Source of the DNA: Hemiscyllium ocellatum
Taxonomy: Eukaryota
Reading direction: 5' to 3'
Assembly (NCBI RefSeq): GCF_020745735.1
Contig: NC_083412.1
Coordinates: 58,494,320 to 58,558,319, forward strand
DNA length: 64,000 bases
The first letter of the stretch is position 1, and every line of letters begins with the position of its first letter. Shown here one piece after another: positions 22,119-34,771 of this stretch. Position numbers and translations under genes: made by a program. A model generated the notes under the pieces. It was not told the DNA's origin. It searched no databases and was given only the letters and a program-made list of their open reading frames with translations.

Positions 22119-23395
22119 GAAGCAGCCGAGGAGCAGGAGAGTCAGTGTTTTGAGCATGAGCTCTTTATCAGGAATGTGGGAGGTGGGGGTGTGGGGAGCC
22201 CAAAGGCACTGAGAGATAAATGGGAGAGGTGTGGGGCTGGGAGCAGGGTAGCTAGGAATGCAATAGGTAGATGAAGGGGGGTGTGATGGTGATAGGTCGG
22301 AAAGGACGGTGGTGTGAATAGGTGGGAAGGAAGATGGACAGATGGGACAGTTCAGGAAGGCGTTGCCGAGTTGAAGGGGTAGATCTGGGATAAGCTGGGG
22401 AGAGGGGAGATCAGAAAACTAGTGAAATCCACATGTGGTGTGGAGGGTCCCAAGGCAGAAGATGAGGTGATCTTCCTCCAGGCATTGGGTGGCTAGAATT
22501 TGGCAGTGGAGGAGGCCCAGGACTTGCATGTACTTGGTAGAGTGGGAGGGGGAGTTAAAGTGATCAGCCACAGGGCAGTGGGGTTGATTGGTGCATGTAT
22601 CCAGAGATGTTCTCTGAAATGTTCCGCGAGTTGGCGTCCTGTCTCCCCAATGTTGAGGAGACCACATCGAGAGCAACAGACACAGTAAATGAGGTTTTTG
22701 GAGGTGCAGGAAAATCTCTGCCGAATGTGGAAGGATCCTTTGGGACTTTGAATGGAGGTGAGGTGGGAGGTCTGGGCGCAGGTTTTACACCTCTTACGGT
22801 GGCAGGGTAAAGTGCTGGGAGTGGAAGGTGGGTTGATAAGGGGTGTGGACCTAGTGAGGGAGTCACAGAGGCCTTGGTCTCTGTGGAATGCTGATAGGGA
22901 TGGGGAAGGTGGTGGGGTCTGACTGTAGTTAGCAGAAATGGCTGAGCATGATGTGTTGTAACCGAAGGTTGGGGGGCTAGAAGATGAGCACCGGGGGATT
23001 CTGTCATTGTTGCGATTATTGGGGTGCGGTTTAAGGGCAGAAGTATGGGAAGTGGAGAGGGGATGCACTGAAGGGCATTGTTGACCACGTGGAAGGGGAA
23101 ATTGCAGTCCTTGAAGTAGGAGACCACCTGGGATGTTGTGTGGTGGAATTGGTCCTCCTGATAGCAGACACAGTGGAGGCAGTGGAACTAGGAGTAATGG
23201 ATAGCATTTTTACAGGAGGGAGGGTGGGAGGAGGGGTAGTGCAGGTAGCTGTGGGAGTCGGTAGGTTTGAAGTAGATGTTTGTGTTGAGTCGGTCGCCGG
23301 AAAGGGAGATGGAGTGGTCCAGGAAAGGGAGGGAGGTGTCTGAGATGGTGCAGGTGAACCTGAGGTCATGGTGGAAGTGTATATTCGCAGTGCCA
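22119..23395 (-). mobile_element. Penelope-like element 3' half: RT C-terminus, GIY-YIG endonuclease and terminal repeat with a decayed hammerhead
   Basis: LPFLD...NIYFKPTDSHSYLHY.SSHP..CKNAI (PLE RT thumb); CKTC linker; NLIYCVCCSRCGLLNIGETGRQLAEHFREH (GIY-YIG). Confidence 0.92.
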
Positions 23396-23469
23396 TCCAG
23401 ACTCACTTGTTTTTTCCTATACTTGCCTGCCCTACTCTACCTCCACTCCACTCCCATACTTCTGCAAAA

Positions 23470-24190
23470 TTGGTTTAAACCCCCCCAGTGAGGATGTCGA
23501 TAATGTTCCAATTCAAGTGCAACATGTTGAACATGCCCCACCTTCCCCAGCAATGGACCCATTGATCCAGGAATATAAAATCCCCCCTCTCCACACACAT
23601 CTGTTTGCTCCTTCTGCACCTATTCCTGTGCTCGCTCGCATGTAGCAAAGGGTGTAATCTAGGATTTACAATCTTTGTGGTTCTGCTTTTCCAGTTACTA
23701 CCTAGCTCCGTAAATTCTTGTTGCAGGACCTCATCCTCTTTCTACCTATATCATTGATCGCAGTGTGAATCAAGAGCCCTGACTGTTCACCTTTCTCCAC
23801 CAGAATGTCCTGCAGCTGTTCAGTCACATCTTTCACCCAAGTCCCAATGAGGCAACATAGCATCCTGGAGTTATGTCTGTGATCATATAAGTGCCTACCT
23901 GTACTTGATTCTCGTACAAGTATTGCTCTTACTCTTTTTCTTCACCTACCTTGCGCAGCTGGGTTCTGGTTGCACAGCCCAGAGGAACCATCACTGTTTT
24001 ACAACACAGAAAACTTGCTCTTGAATGGCGCATGTTCTGGGCTTTCCTGAACTGCCTGTCTGCCTTCTGACGCATTGTTACCATTTGTTCTGTAACACAC
24101 TTCCTTCAGTGTAAGTGACTAAGTGTAAAAACATGCTCTCCATGTCACTCTTGGCCTTGCAGATGCACTGCTGAGTTTCCAGTTAACATT
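23470..24190 (-). mobile_element. Decayed CR1 ORF1 (esterase) remnant
   Basis: The 3' part reads GFIFLDQWVHCWGRWGMFNMLHLNW, homologous to the ORF1 end of the 47670 copy; the 5' extent is uncertain. Confidence 0.55.
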
Positions 24191-25704
24191 CAGGGTGGGA
24201 AACCTGCCAATCAAAATGGTGAAACCAATGATGTGGTCACCCAGACTACAGGCCATTCAATACATAGGATAAAACTCCCTTACTGTACCATTCGTTAATA
24301 TAGTCTCATAATAAAATTAAGCCAAATAAAGTAATGATGTTTCTTTCTGAAAAGAAAACCGAAATTAGAACATTTAACTCTCCTGAAAGCATCCTTAAAG
24401 TTGAGACAAGCAACTTACCTATTACCTATCAAACAGCTGTCTGCCTTGTGCTGATATCACTTTTCAAAGACTGGCAGCTTCCAATTGGATTGAGCCACTG
24501 CTTTGGCTGGTTCCACCACATGCTCCTATTCCCGTTGGTTTCATGGCCCTGATCTGCTCTGAAATCTCATTCTTTTTCACACCAGGTTTATAAGAACATA
24601 AGAAATTGGAGTCATTCTGCCCCTCAAACATGTTCCGCCATTCAGTAAGATTGTGGCTGATGTGCACCAGGCCTTGACTCTTCTTTAGTGTCAACTCCCC
24701 AGTGTTTCAAAAATCTACTTAACTCCTTTTGGGAAGTATGATTTATCCTCCATAATTCTCAGGGGTAGAGGATTCCAAACATTGACTACCCTCTAGGAAA
24801 GAAACTCCTTCAGATCTCAGTATTAACTGAGTGTGCCTTACTTTGTAACTATATCCCCTAGTTCGAGATTCCCCCACTGATGGAAACATCTTGTCAACAT
24901 CTTGATGGTTTCAATAAGAACACCGCTCATTCTTCTAAATGCTAAAACAAAGTCTACAAATACTGCTTAGACAATACAGAGCCAAACTCCTGATCTTTTG
25001 CTCTTTCTCCCATTAGTATTCGGGTCCCAAACCTCTCCCAAATAGCAAACAGTGAGTACAATCGTCCCTTTTTCTTCTGATGTCAATCAAAATCAACATT
25101 AGTCATTGCTATACAGACAGTGTTAAAAATTACACAACACCAGGTTATGGTATCTGCATCATCTGTGTCAAATTTTATCTATCTTCAAACATGATGAAGA
25201 AGTGAAAACATCACATAAACAAGTTAAAAGCAAATCCTTCTGGGAACGCTCAAAATGAAAAGTACCTCCAGCATGTTACTAAAATATCATTACGGCAATA
25301 GTGCTGGTGCAAACCTTTGAAGTTAAACTTGTGTGTTCTGAAAAACCCTGTTTGCACTTGTTGAAAGAAGTGTTTGTTTTAACTGAAACAGCCTCAGGTA
25401 CAGAAATAGATGAGTCACTGGAAAAGAAAGGTTCTATAAACACGTTTGATCTATCAAGACTGATACTGTACATCATAGTGAACAAAAATATGGAAGTTTC
25501 AAAAAAAACAACATATGACCTTTGTAAAAATACTGAGAAAGGAAAATAAACTCGCTAATTTGTTTTTCCCCGTATCTTCTCCAGGTGTTTCTGCCTACCC
25601 CAGACTATTTTCCTCAGTGTCACATCAGATTAGAAGGACTCTGAACTGAGAGGGCAATGCTGGTAAATTTCGAAAGGACACAGATTATCTGGTGGAATTG
25701 GTGG

Positions 25705-28145
25705 AATTGTATTGAATTGAATTGAAGTTATTGTCACATGTACCAAGGCACAGTGAAAAGCTGTGCCTTGAGAGCAACACAAGCAGATCACATAGTTAAG
25801 TAGATAGATAAGTAAATAAGAGGCAAAATCAAAAACCAAGATACAGGCGAATGTTAAGAATTTGTGGGTCCATTCACTATTCTAACAACAGTAGGGTAGA
25901 AACTGTTTCAAAACTGTCTGGTTGTATGTTCAGGCTTCTGTACCTTATCCCTGATAGTAGAGGTTGTAGAAAATCATTGCTCGGGTGGGATGGGTCTTTA
26001 AGAATGTCTTTCCTTGACACTGGGCCTGGTAGATGGATTCTATAGATGGGAGGTTTGCCTTTGTGATTGTCTTGGCCGAGTTCACCACTCTCTGTAACTG
26101 TCTCCGATTTTGAATGGTACAGTTCCCATACCAGGTAGTGATACATCCAGACAGAATGCTCTCGATGGCGCACCTATAAACGTTGGCAAGGGTATTCACC
26201 GTCATGCCAAATTTCCTCAGCTGCCTGAGGAAGAAGGGACGTTGGTGGGCCTTTGTAACCAGTGCGTCCACATGAAGAGTCCAAGAAAGCTTGTTGTGGA
26301 TAATCACTCACAGGAGCTTGACACTCTCCACTCATTCCATCTCTGTGCCGTTAATGTGTAGGGAGGCATAGTAACATCCCGCGAAAAGTCAATAATGAAT
26401 TCCTGGTTTGGCCGGCCTTGAGAGCTAGGTTGTTCTCAATGCACCATTTTTCCAGGTCTTCCATCTCCTATCTCTAGTCTGTTTCATCGCCATCTGAGAT
26501 TCGACCGACTATTGTGGTGTCATCAGCGAACTTGTAAATGGCATTAGTCTGTTTTTTGGTGACGCCATCATGGGTGTAGAGTGACCACAGTAGAGTGTGA
26601 GTACAACCCCTCGGGGACTGCAGTGTTGAGTGTCAGTGAGGATGAAATATTGTCCCCAATCTTCACTGCTTGTAGCCTGTGGGTCAGGAAACTGAGGATC
26701 CAGTTGCAGAGAGTGGGGCTTAGTCCGAGAACACTAAGTTTAGTAATCAGTCTTGAGGGGATAATAGTATTGAAGGCTGAACTGTAGTCAATGAGTAGGA
26801 TTCTCACGTAGCTGTTCTTGGTGTTAAGATATGTAGGGAGGAGTGAAGGGCAAGTGATATGGCATCTGACATGGATCTGCTGGTCTGATAGGCAAATTGG
26901 AGTGGGTCAAGAGTAGTGGGCAGGCTGGAGTTGATTATTGCCGTGGCCAGCCTTTCAAAGCACTTCATGACCACCGAAGTTAGGGCCACTGGGTGGTAGT
27001 TATTGAGACATGCTGCATGAGTCTTCTTAGGCACAGGGATGGTATTGGCCCTCGTGAAACAGGCAGGGACAGTGGCCTGCTGCAGGGAGAGGTTGAAGAT
27101 GTCCGGGAATATCTCTGCCAGTTGATCTGCACATGCTCTGAGTGCACAGCCTGATACTCCATCTGGTCCCATCGCTTTCCTTGGATTCACATGAAGGAAA
27201 CCTGATCTGACCTCTGATGCAGTGACTGTTGGGATTGATTCGTCAGGACGTGTCGGAATAGGTGTTACCTCTCCACCGAAATTCTGCTCAAATCAAGCAT
27301 AGGAGGCATTGAAATGATCTGGGAGGGATATATCATCATCTGCTATCTTGCACTGTCTCTTTTTAGAACCTGTGATGTCATTCAGTCCTTGCCATAGTTT
27401 CTGGGTGTGTGTCTGGGTCTCTAGTTTGGATTGGTATTGGCCCTTGGCTGGCTTAATGGCTGTGCGAAGGTCATATGTGGATTCCTTATACTTGAGTGGG
27501 TCTCTTGACCTGAAGGCCTCATGCCTGGTTTTTAGCAGGTTCTGGATGCCCTGATCCATCCAGGGTTTCCTGTTGGGGAACAGCCGGATTGACTTCCTAG
27601 GTATGCAGTCCTCCACACACACTTGCTGATGAAGGCTGTGACGGTGGTGGTGTACTCGTCCAAGATACCTGCGGCCTGTTTGAACATGGCCGAATCAGCT
27701 GATTCCAGACAGCACCGGAGTTGATCTTTTGCCACCTCCGACCAGCACTGGACCTCTATCCGCGAGGGGGGTGTCCTGCTTAAGCTTTTGCCTGTAAGCC
27801 GGGAGAAGAAACACGGCATTGTGGTTGGAGTTCCCAAAATTTTGGGCGAGGGATGTAGAGGTAGGCATCTTTCACTGTGGTGTAGCAGTGGTCCTAAATG
27901 TGCGGGCCCCTGATGTGGCAGGTAATGTTCTGGTGGTACTTGGGCAACACCTTCCTTAGATTTGCTTGATTGTAGGTGTTAGTGGTGGAGTACAGCACAT
28001 CCAGAGCTTCCTCAAGCTTTGCTTGTGGTGGTATGTACAGAGCAGTTAGTATAGCAGAAGGAAATTCCTGTGGAAGATAGAAGGGGTGGCATTTGGTGGT
28101 GAGGAATTCAAGGTTTGGGGAGAAATGGCTGCTCAAGGTTGCAAT
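25705..28145 (-). mobile_element. Rex1/Babar-clade LINE, 5'-truncated and degenerate
   Basis: ALRACADQLAEIF, PVALTSVVMKCFERL, LDPLQFAY, RILLIDYSSAFNTIIP and YRCAIESILSGCITTWYG; (TTCAA)n tail at ~25705-25728. Confidence 0.92.
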
Positions 28146-28399
28146 GTCCATGCATTACAAGGTGTTGATTAAAAATGGATTACATTTAATGCAGCAAAGT
28201 GCGAAATAATTCATCAAGGACAAAGGAAAGCAATGTTAAACAAAAGGTACCATTAACATCCTGTTTAATGTTTACTGGTATTTGGCAGGACCAGAAGGTA
28301 GGTATGTACGAGTTAATGGTGGATATATTAACTTATATGGAGAGCTAAAGTTTATTTTTTAAGTTATTCCTAGATATGGTGAATGACAACTTTAACAAT

Positions 28400-29230
28400 T
28401 CGCTACCACATCTTGCTGGACCACATTATGGCCCAAGACTAACATTCTGTTACTACCATTGACCAGAAACTGAACTGGACCAGCCATATACGTACTGTGA
28501 CAACAACAGTAGAGACAGGGGAATCCTGTGGTGAGTAACTCACCTTCTGGCTCCCCATTCCCTGTCTACTATCGACAAGGCACAGGTCAGGAGTGTGATG
28601 GAGTACTCTCCAATTGGCTGGACAGCTTCAGCCAATAACATTTAAGAGGCTCAACAATATTAAAGACAAAGCAGACTGCTTGACTGCTTGAACCTTCATT
28701 CCTTTCACCACCAGCATGCAGTGACAGCGCAGAGTATTATCTACAAGATGAAATAAGTCAATTCACCAGGGCTCTTTCAACAGCGCCTTCCAAACCTACG
28801 GCCTCTGCCACCTAGAAAGAGAAGAGCAGCAGGCGCATACAGGTATCACCACCTGCACATTCTCCTTCGAGCCATTCACCATCTTCACTTATAAGAGAGA
28901 ATGTGGGGACTGCGGATGCTGGGGATAAAAGTCAAAAAATGGTGCACTGGAAAAGCACAGCAGGTCAGACAGCGTTTGAGGAGCAGAAGAGTCGGCATTT
29001 TGGGCATTAGCCGTTCATCAGGAATTCCTGGGGAAGGGCTCATGCCCAAAACCTCAACTCTCCAGCTCCTCAGATGCTGCCTGACCTACTGTGCTTTTCC
29101 AGCGTCACACTTTTACATCCTCATTTGTAAGTATATTGCTGTCTGTAGCTGGTTCAAAATCCTGGAAATCCCTTCCAACCAGCACTGAGGCTGTAATTAT
29201 GGAGTGCAGCAGTTCAGGAGGAATCTCGCC
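28400..29230 (+). mobile_element. 3' fragment of a second RT-LINE family (same as 33470-35320 and 55730-56940)
   Basis: IDKAQVRSVMEYSPIGW motif; interrupted by the 28895-29115 palindrome. Confidence 0.75.
28895..29115. mobile_element. Palindromic Penelope mini-element (variant A, decayed)
   Basis: Inverted arms centred on catcagGAATTCctg; degenerate 15-bp TSD catcttcacttataa / catcctcatttgtaa (28880-28894, 29116-29130). Confidence 0.8.
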
Positions 29231-29379
29231 ATCACCTTTCCTATGGTGATTTGGGATGTACAATACATGTCAGTTTATGGACACATCCCATGAACAAACA
29301 CAAAATATAAAGATTGTGTTCTTCTGTGTTTTTAATTGTGGACTGAAATGGGAAAAGGATTGGTTTAAAAGCCAGGGAT

Positions 29380-29694
29380 TAGAGGTCATAAAGCCATAGA
29401 GATGTACAGCATGGAAACAGAGCCTTTGGTCCAACCCGTCCATGCCGACCAGATATCCCAATCTAATCTAGTCCAATCTGCTAGCACCGGGCCCAGATTC
29501 CTCCAAACCCTTCCTATTCATATACCCATCCAAATGCCCTTTAAATGTTGCAATTATACCAACCTCCACCACTTCCTCTGGCAGCTCATTCCATACACAT
29601 ACCACCCTCTGCTTGAAAAAGTTGCCCCTTAGGTATCTTTTATATCTTTCCCCTCTCACCCTAAACCTATGCCCTCTACTTCTGATCCCCACCC

Positions 29695-29773
<79 letters not shown>

Positions 29774-30405
29774 TCCATGCCCTTCATGACTTTATAAACT
29801 TCTGCAGGTCACCCCCTAGCCTCTGACGGTCCAGGAAAAATAGCCCCAGGCTTTTTGGTCTCTCCCTATAGATCAAACCTTCCAACCCTGGCAACATCCT
29901 TGTAAATCTTTTCTGAACTCTTTCAAGTTTCACAACATTCTTATGTTAGGAAGGAGACCAGGATTGCATGCAATATTCCAAAAATGGCCTAACCAATGAT
30001 CAGTACAGCCGCGACATGGCTGCCCAACTCCTGTACTCAATACTCTGACCAATAAACGAAAGCATACCAAACGCCTTCTTCACTATCATATCGACCTGCG
30101 ACTCCACTTTCAAGGAGCTGTGAACCTGCATGCGAAGGTCTGTTTGTTCAGCACCACTCCCTGGGACCTTACCATTAAGCGTATAAGTCTAGCTAAGATT
30201 AGCTTTCCCAAAACACAGCACCTCACATTGATTTGAATTAAACTCCATCTGCCACTTCTCAGCCCATTGGTCCATTTGATCAAGATCCCTTTGTAATCTG
30301 AGGTAACCTTCTTCACTGTCCACTACATCTCCAATTTTGGTGTCATCTGCAAACTTACTAACTATGCCTCTTGTGCTCACATCCAAATCATTTATATAAA
30401 TGACT
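29380..30405 (-). mobile_element. CR1-clade LINE 3' portion with an embedded (CA)n microsatellite (~29697-29771)
   Basis: GIVSKFADDTKIG...MEFN and RGHRFRVRGE motifs. Confidence 0.88.
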
Positions 30406-30679
30406 TATTGTGTATTCCTACATATCCTTGAGAAAATTATAGTGAGTTACTGTGCTGACTGACTGGGTATCAATTAAGGAATGGAGATATAGTCTGAAGT
30501 CAGAATGGTGAGCCTGAAGTGGGAAGCCATGGAGGTGGTGACATCCAATGCATTTGCTGCCAACCCTAACCCTTCTTGTTGATGACATTATAAATTTGCA
30601 AAGTGCTGCTGTAGTGGTCCTAGAGGGCTGCCTGCTGCCCATCACTTAGATGGGAGAGGCCAGCAACGGAAATATGAGT

Positions 30680-30789
30680 AGGTAATGCCTGCAGATGCTG
30701 GAAGTAGAGTGGTTCTGGAAAAGCACAGCAGTTCAAGCAGCATCCGAGGAGCAGGAAAATCGACATTTCGGGCAAAAGCCCTTCATCAT
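30680..30789 (-). mobile_element. Single-arm Penelope mini-element (variant A)
   Basis: Minus strand (A)TGATGAAGGGCTTTTGCCCGAAATGTCG...; 12-bp TSD ggaaatatgagt / ggaaatacgagt (30668-30679, 30790-30801). Confidence 0.8.
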
Positions 30790-30949
30790 GGAAATACGAG
30801 TGACTATTATTCTTAACTTTCATATTGTCAGTAGACACTGCAGGATTTTCCAAGCATATAGCCTTAATGGGAAGATGGGAAAGTTGATTAAGATGGAGCC
30901 AGAGAATTGCAGATAGTAAGGTTCAGCTTACCATTAAGTGGATAAGTCC

Positions 30950-31740
30950 TGCTAAGATTTGCTTTCTCAAAATGCTGCACCTCACATTTATCTAAATTAA
31001 ACTCCATCTGTCACTTCTCAGCCCACTGGCCCATCTGATCAAGATCCCACTGTAATCTGAGGTAACCTTCTTTGCTATCCAGTGCATCTCCAATTTTGAT
31101 GCCATCTGCTAACTTACTTACTACCTCTTATGCTCAATGATGAAAAGTAATGGACCCAACACCAAACCTTGTGGCACTCCACTGGTCACAGGCCTTCAGT
31201 CTGAAAAGCAACCCTCCACCTTCCCGACTCAGGCGACTGACTGTGTGGAGTTTGCACGTTCTCCCCGTGTCTGCGTGGGTTTCCTCTGGGTGCTCCGGTT
31301 TCCTCCCAGAGTCCAAAGATGTGCGGGTCAGGTGAATTGGCCATGCTAAATTGCCTGTAGTGTTAGGTAAAGGGGTAAATGTAGGGGTATGGGTGGGTTA
31401 CGCTTCGGCGGGTCGGTGTGGACTTGTTGGGCCGAAGGGCCTGTTTCCACACTGTAAATAATCTAATCTAATCACCACCCTCTGTCTTTACCTTTGAGCC
31501 AGTTCTGTATCGAAATGACTAGTTCTCCCTGTATTCCATGAGATCTAACTTTGTTAACCAGTCTCCCATGGGGAACCTTGTCAAATGCCTTACTGAAGTC
31601 CATATAGATCACATATACTGCTTTTCCCACATGAACCCTCTTTGTTACTTATTCAAAAAACTCAAGCAAGTTTGTGATACACTATTTCCCAACCACAAGG
31701 CCATGTTGACTATCCCTAATCAGTCCTTGCCTTTCCAAAT
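30950..31740 (-). mobile_element. CR1-clade RT fragment containing a nested HE1 SINE
   Basis: GVPQG-region (gtgccacaaggtttggtgttgggtcc) and MDFSKAFDK-type motifs on either side of the SINE. Confidence 0.75.
31222..31472 (+). mobile_element. HE1-type SINE, 5'-truncated
   Basis: Body and ...GGGCCTGTTTCCACACTGTAAATAATCTAATCTAATC tail match the other HE1 copies. Confidence 0.88.
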
Positions 31741-32304
31741 TGTTCCAGATAATTTAAGGATTGTTCCTCTTCTAAAAAGTAAGTGACTTGATACTTATTA
31801 TAAGTGTTGCTTAGATGGTTGTTCGATAGTTCAAGCAATGGTGAAAGCCTAGTTATGGATGAGCTGGAGAAAGATAGTGATGTTTGAATGGAGATTTTGC
31901 CTGCAACATGTAGCTAACTGGTCTGTGTAATGGTGATCAGGTTTTGATGACAAAGGTCTCCTGCCTGCCAATAATAATGTGACTAGCTCATACGTAGTAC
32001 AGCTTTGGGCGTCTGAGTGTTCTGGTCAGAAGGCATTAGACCTCTGGACGGAAAAGAGCTGTTTCTGCTCTCCTGTAAGAAGCATTTCAAGCCTCAAGGG
32101 AATCAACGTATTTTCCCTCATCAGTTGCTATAAGCTGTAACTTTAATTTTAAGTTATAGACATTTATAAGTATGAACCAGTGCCTCCTGCAACAAATGCA
32201 AGTATCTGGAGGCTGAATTTCAGAAACAGTGTATCTGATCAGCTAAAGAATCATCTTGATCAAGCCTGTGAATGGGCTTCACTGACCTACCTTCCTAGTC
32301 CTTC

Positions 32305-32427
32305 CTGAAGAAGGGCTTATGCCCGAAACATCGAATCTTCTGTTCCTTGGATGCTGCCTGACCTGCTGCACTTTTCCAGCAACACATTTTCAGCTCTGAT
32401 CTCCAGCATCTGCAGACCTCACTTTCT
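32305..32427 (+). mobile_element. 123-bp single-arm Penelope mini-element starting at a hammerhead core (variant A)
   Basis: Perfect 15-bp TSD CCTTCCTAGTCCTTC (32290-32304, 32428-32442); CTGAAGA-A-GGGC ttat GCCC-GAAAC-ATC. Confidence 0.88.
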
Positions 32428-32464
32428 CCTTCCTAGTCCTTCACTCCATCGAAAACACCCTTTC

Positions 32465-32466
<2 letters not shown>

Positions 32467-32515
<49 letters not shown>
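32467..32515. repeat. (TG)n microsatellite
   Basis: Uninterrupted TG run. Confidence 0.95.
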
Positions 32516-32518
<3 letters not shown>

Positions 32519-32552
32519 CAGAAGTTTATACATTGATTATAGGTTTATCTAG

Positions 32553-32683
32553 GAGAAAGTGAGGACTGCAGATGCTGGAGATCAGAGCTTAAAAATGTGT
32601 TGCTGGAAAAGCGCAGCAGGCCAGGCAGCATCAAAGGAGTAGGAGAATCGACGTTTCGGGCATAAGCCCTTCTTCAGGAAACC
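32553..32683 (-). mobile_element. 131-bp single-arm Penelope mini-element (variant A)
   Basis: 16-bp TSD ttataggtttatctag / ttataggtttacctag (32537-32552, 32684-32699). Confidence 0.88.
32647..32680 (-). ncRNA. Minimal hammerhead ribozyme motif, variant A, intact core
   Basis: Minus strand TTC-CTGAAGA-A-GGGC ttat GCCC-GAAAC-GTC-GA. Confidence 0.65.
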
Positions 32684-34640
32684 TTATAGGTTTACCTAGT
32701 AGAGTTGTACGTTGGCAGGTTATAATTGTTTATCTGTAGACAGAATCTATTTATTTGGAAAAAATAATTATTCTTACTAAATACAGAATCCTGGTCTATG
32801 TATTCTGTCATACTAAGTCAATAAAACAGGTAAATTAGACAATTCTGTGTACTTTTTCAAATCCTTAAAGAAAAGTCTTCGAGGATCCTGCTCTTGCTTG
32901 CTCACTCTTCCAGGTTAACATCAAAGGCAAAGATAACCTACAGCTTTGATTCTCTATGACAAAATGTCCTTTTAAACTTCTATCCTCTGTCACCTTTACC
33001 CTCACTTCTGTAGCCACTGCATTGTTTTCTTCTTTTTTCTCCTAAATACACTTTAAAATTATTTACGTACTTATCATAAGTGTTTCGACTCCCTAGTCAT
33101 TTCCTATTCCTTAATTTAAAAAGTTCTGTAAATTTCAGTTATAAATGTCTGTGATCTGATTCAAACAATGTCTAAATAATTCACTCAGCTACTTCTCAAC
33201 TGGCAGTATATTATATGGTTGACAATTGGAATCCCTTATGCACCCTGTACTATGAAAAAAATAGCAAATAGCGTCTCTATGCAGCATTTTGCAGAGCAAC
33301 CCTAAGTTATATATACTATTTTTTGCAAAGCTCCTACACTTGTGGGGTAAATACACAAGGGAAGCTAATAAAAACACAAATGCTACAGATCATTAGCAAG
33401 CTGACAAAGAAGGTCAAATGACAGCCAACTCTCTAATAATTATGCATTCCAGGAATTTGACCCAGTTACAAGTGAAGCATCGGTGATAATAAATCTAAGT
33501 CAGGATGGCAAGTCAGGATAGTGAGTGGCTTAGAGGGGAACTTGCAGGTGGTGGTGTTCCCATGTAACTGCTGCCCTTGTCCTTCTAGGTGGTAGAGCCC
33601 ATGGGTTTGGAAATTGCTGCCTAAGGAACCTAGGTGTCTTTTTGCAGTGCATTTTGTAGATGATAGGCATTGCTCCTGGAGGGAGTGGATCTTTGTGGAT
33701 CTGGTGCCAATCAAGCAGGATGCTTTGTCCTGGATGGGATCAAGCATCTTGAGTGTTGTTCCAGCTGCAATCATCCAGGCAAGTGGGAAGTATTCCACCG
33801 CACTTCTGACTTGTATCTTGTAGATGGTCGACAGTATTTGGGGAGTCAGGAGGTCAATAACATTCTGCAGGATTCCTAGTCTCTGACCTCTGGCCTTTGT
33901 AGCCGCAGTACTTATATGGGTAGTCCAGTTCAGATTCTTGTCAATACGTGCTGATAGTGGGGATTTGAATGGTGATAATACCAATAATGTCAAGGGGAAA
34001 TGATTAGGTTCTCTGTTGTTGGAGATGGGTATTGCCTGGCATTTGTGCAATGTGAGTGTAGGTCACAGTCTAATGAAACATGTCAAGCCATTTCAGACTG
34101 AGATGAGGAGAAATGTTTTCACTCTGAGCCTGTGGAATTCTCTGCCACTGGAAACGATGAATGTTTTTCGGAAGGAGTAAGCTATAGTTCTTTTAGACTA
34201 AAAGGTGTAGGGAGAAAGCAGGAACTGGGTATTAAGTAGGATGATTACTCCATGTTCCATGCTCCAATGACTGTTATCTTCCACTTGTCTGTCCAAAACC
34301 AGATATTATCTAGGTCTTGCTGCACTTGAACATGGATTGTTTCAGTGTCTGAAGAGTTACGAATCATATTGATCATTTTGCAATCATCAGTGCACTTCTC
34401 ACTTCTGACCTTATGAAGGATGGAAAGTCATTGATGAAGCAGCTGAAGATGGTTTGATCAAGGACACTACCCTGAGAAACTCCTGCAGAGATGTCTTGGA
34501 GCTGAGAAGACTGACCTGCAACAGCCTTAACCATCCTCCTATGTGCCAGGTATGACTTCAACCCATAGAGATATTGCCCCTTGATTCCCATTGATACCAG
34601 TTTTGCGATGGCTCCTTGATGTCACATTCAGTCAAATGCA

Positions 34641-34771
34641 TGATTTGGAGATGCCGTTGTTGGACTGGGGTGTTGTCAGGCAATCACCTGATGAAGGAGT
34701 GATGCTCTGAAAGCTAGTGTGCTTCCAATTAAACCTGTTGGACTATGACCTGGTGTTGTGTGATTTTTAAC
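34641..34771 (+). mobile_element. 131-bp Penelope mini-element (variant B) with a 5'-inverted piece
   Basis: Perfect 13-bp TSD TCAGTCAAATGCA (34628-34640, 34772-34784); splits the host LINE RT at the KAAFD motif. Confidence 0.88.
34685..34719 (+). ncRNA. Minimal hammerhead ribozyme motif, variant B
   Basis: CAC-CTGATGA-A-GGAG tgatg CTCT-GAAA-GC-TA-GTG; 3-bp stem I CAC/GTG and a CUA cleavage triplet. Confidence 0.62.

Noticed and set aside
3680-24700. Scattered exon-like segments on the minus strand (~3700-3900, 13200-13290, 13670-13730, 17250-17420, 24440-24570)
   Set aside because: Each has at most one plausible splice site and short frames with no homology I recognise; no coherent gene model.
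25279-25549. Overlapping 68-aa (-) and 82-aa (+) ORFs with splice-like sites
   Set aside because: No recognisable domain and no consistent exon phase; cannot be supported without transcripts.
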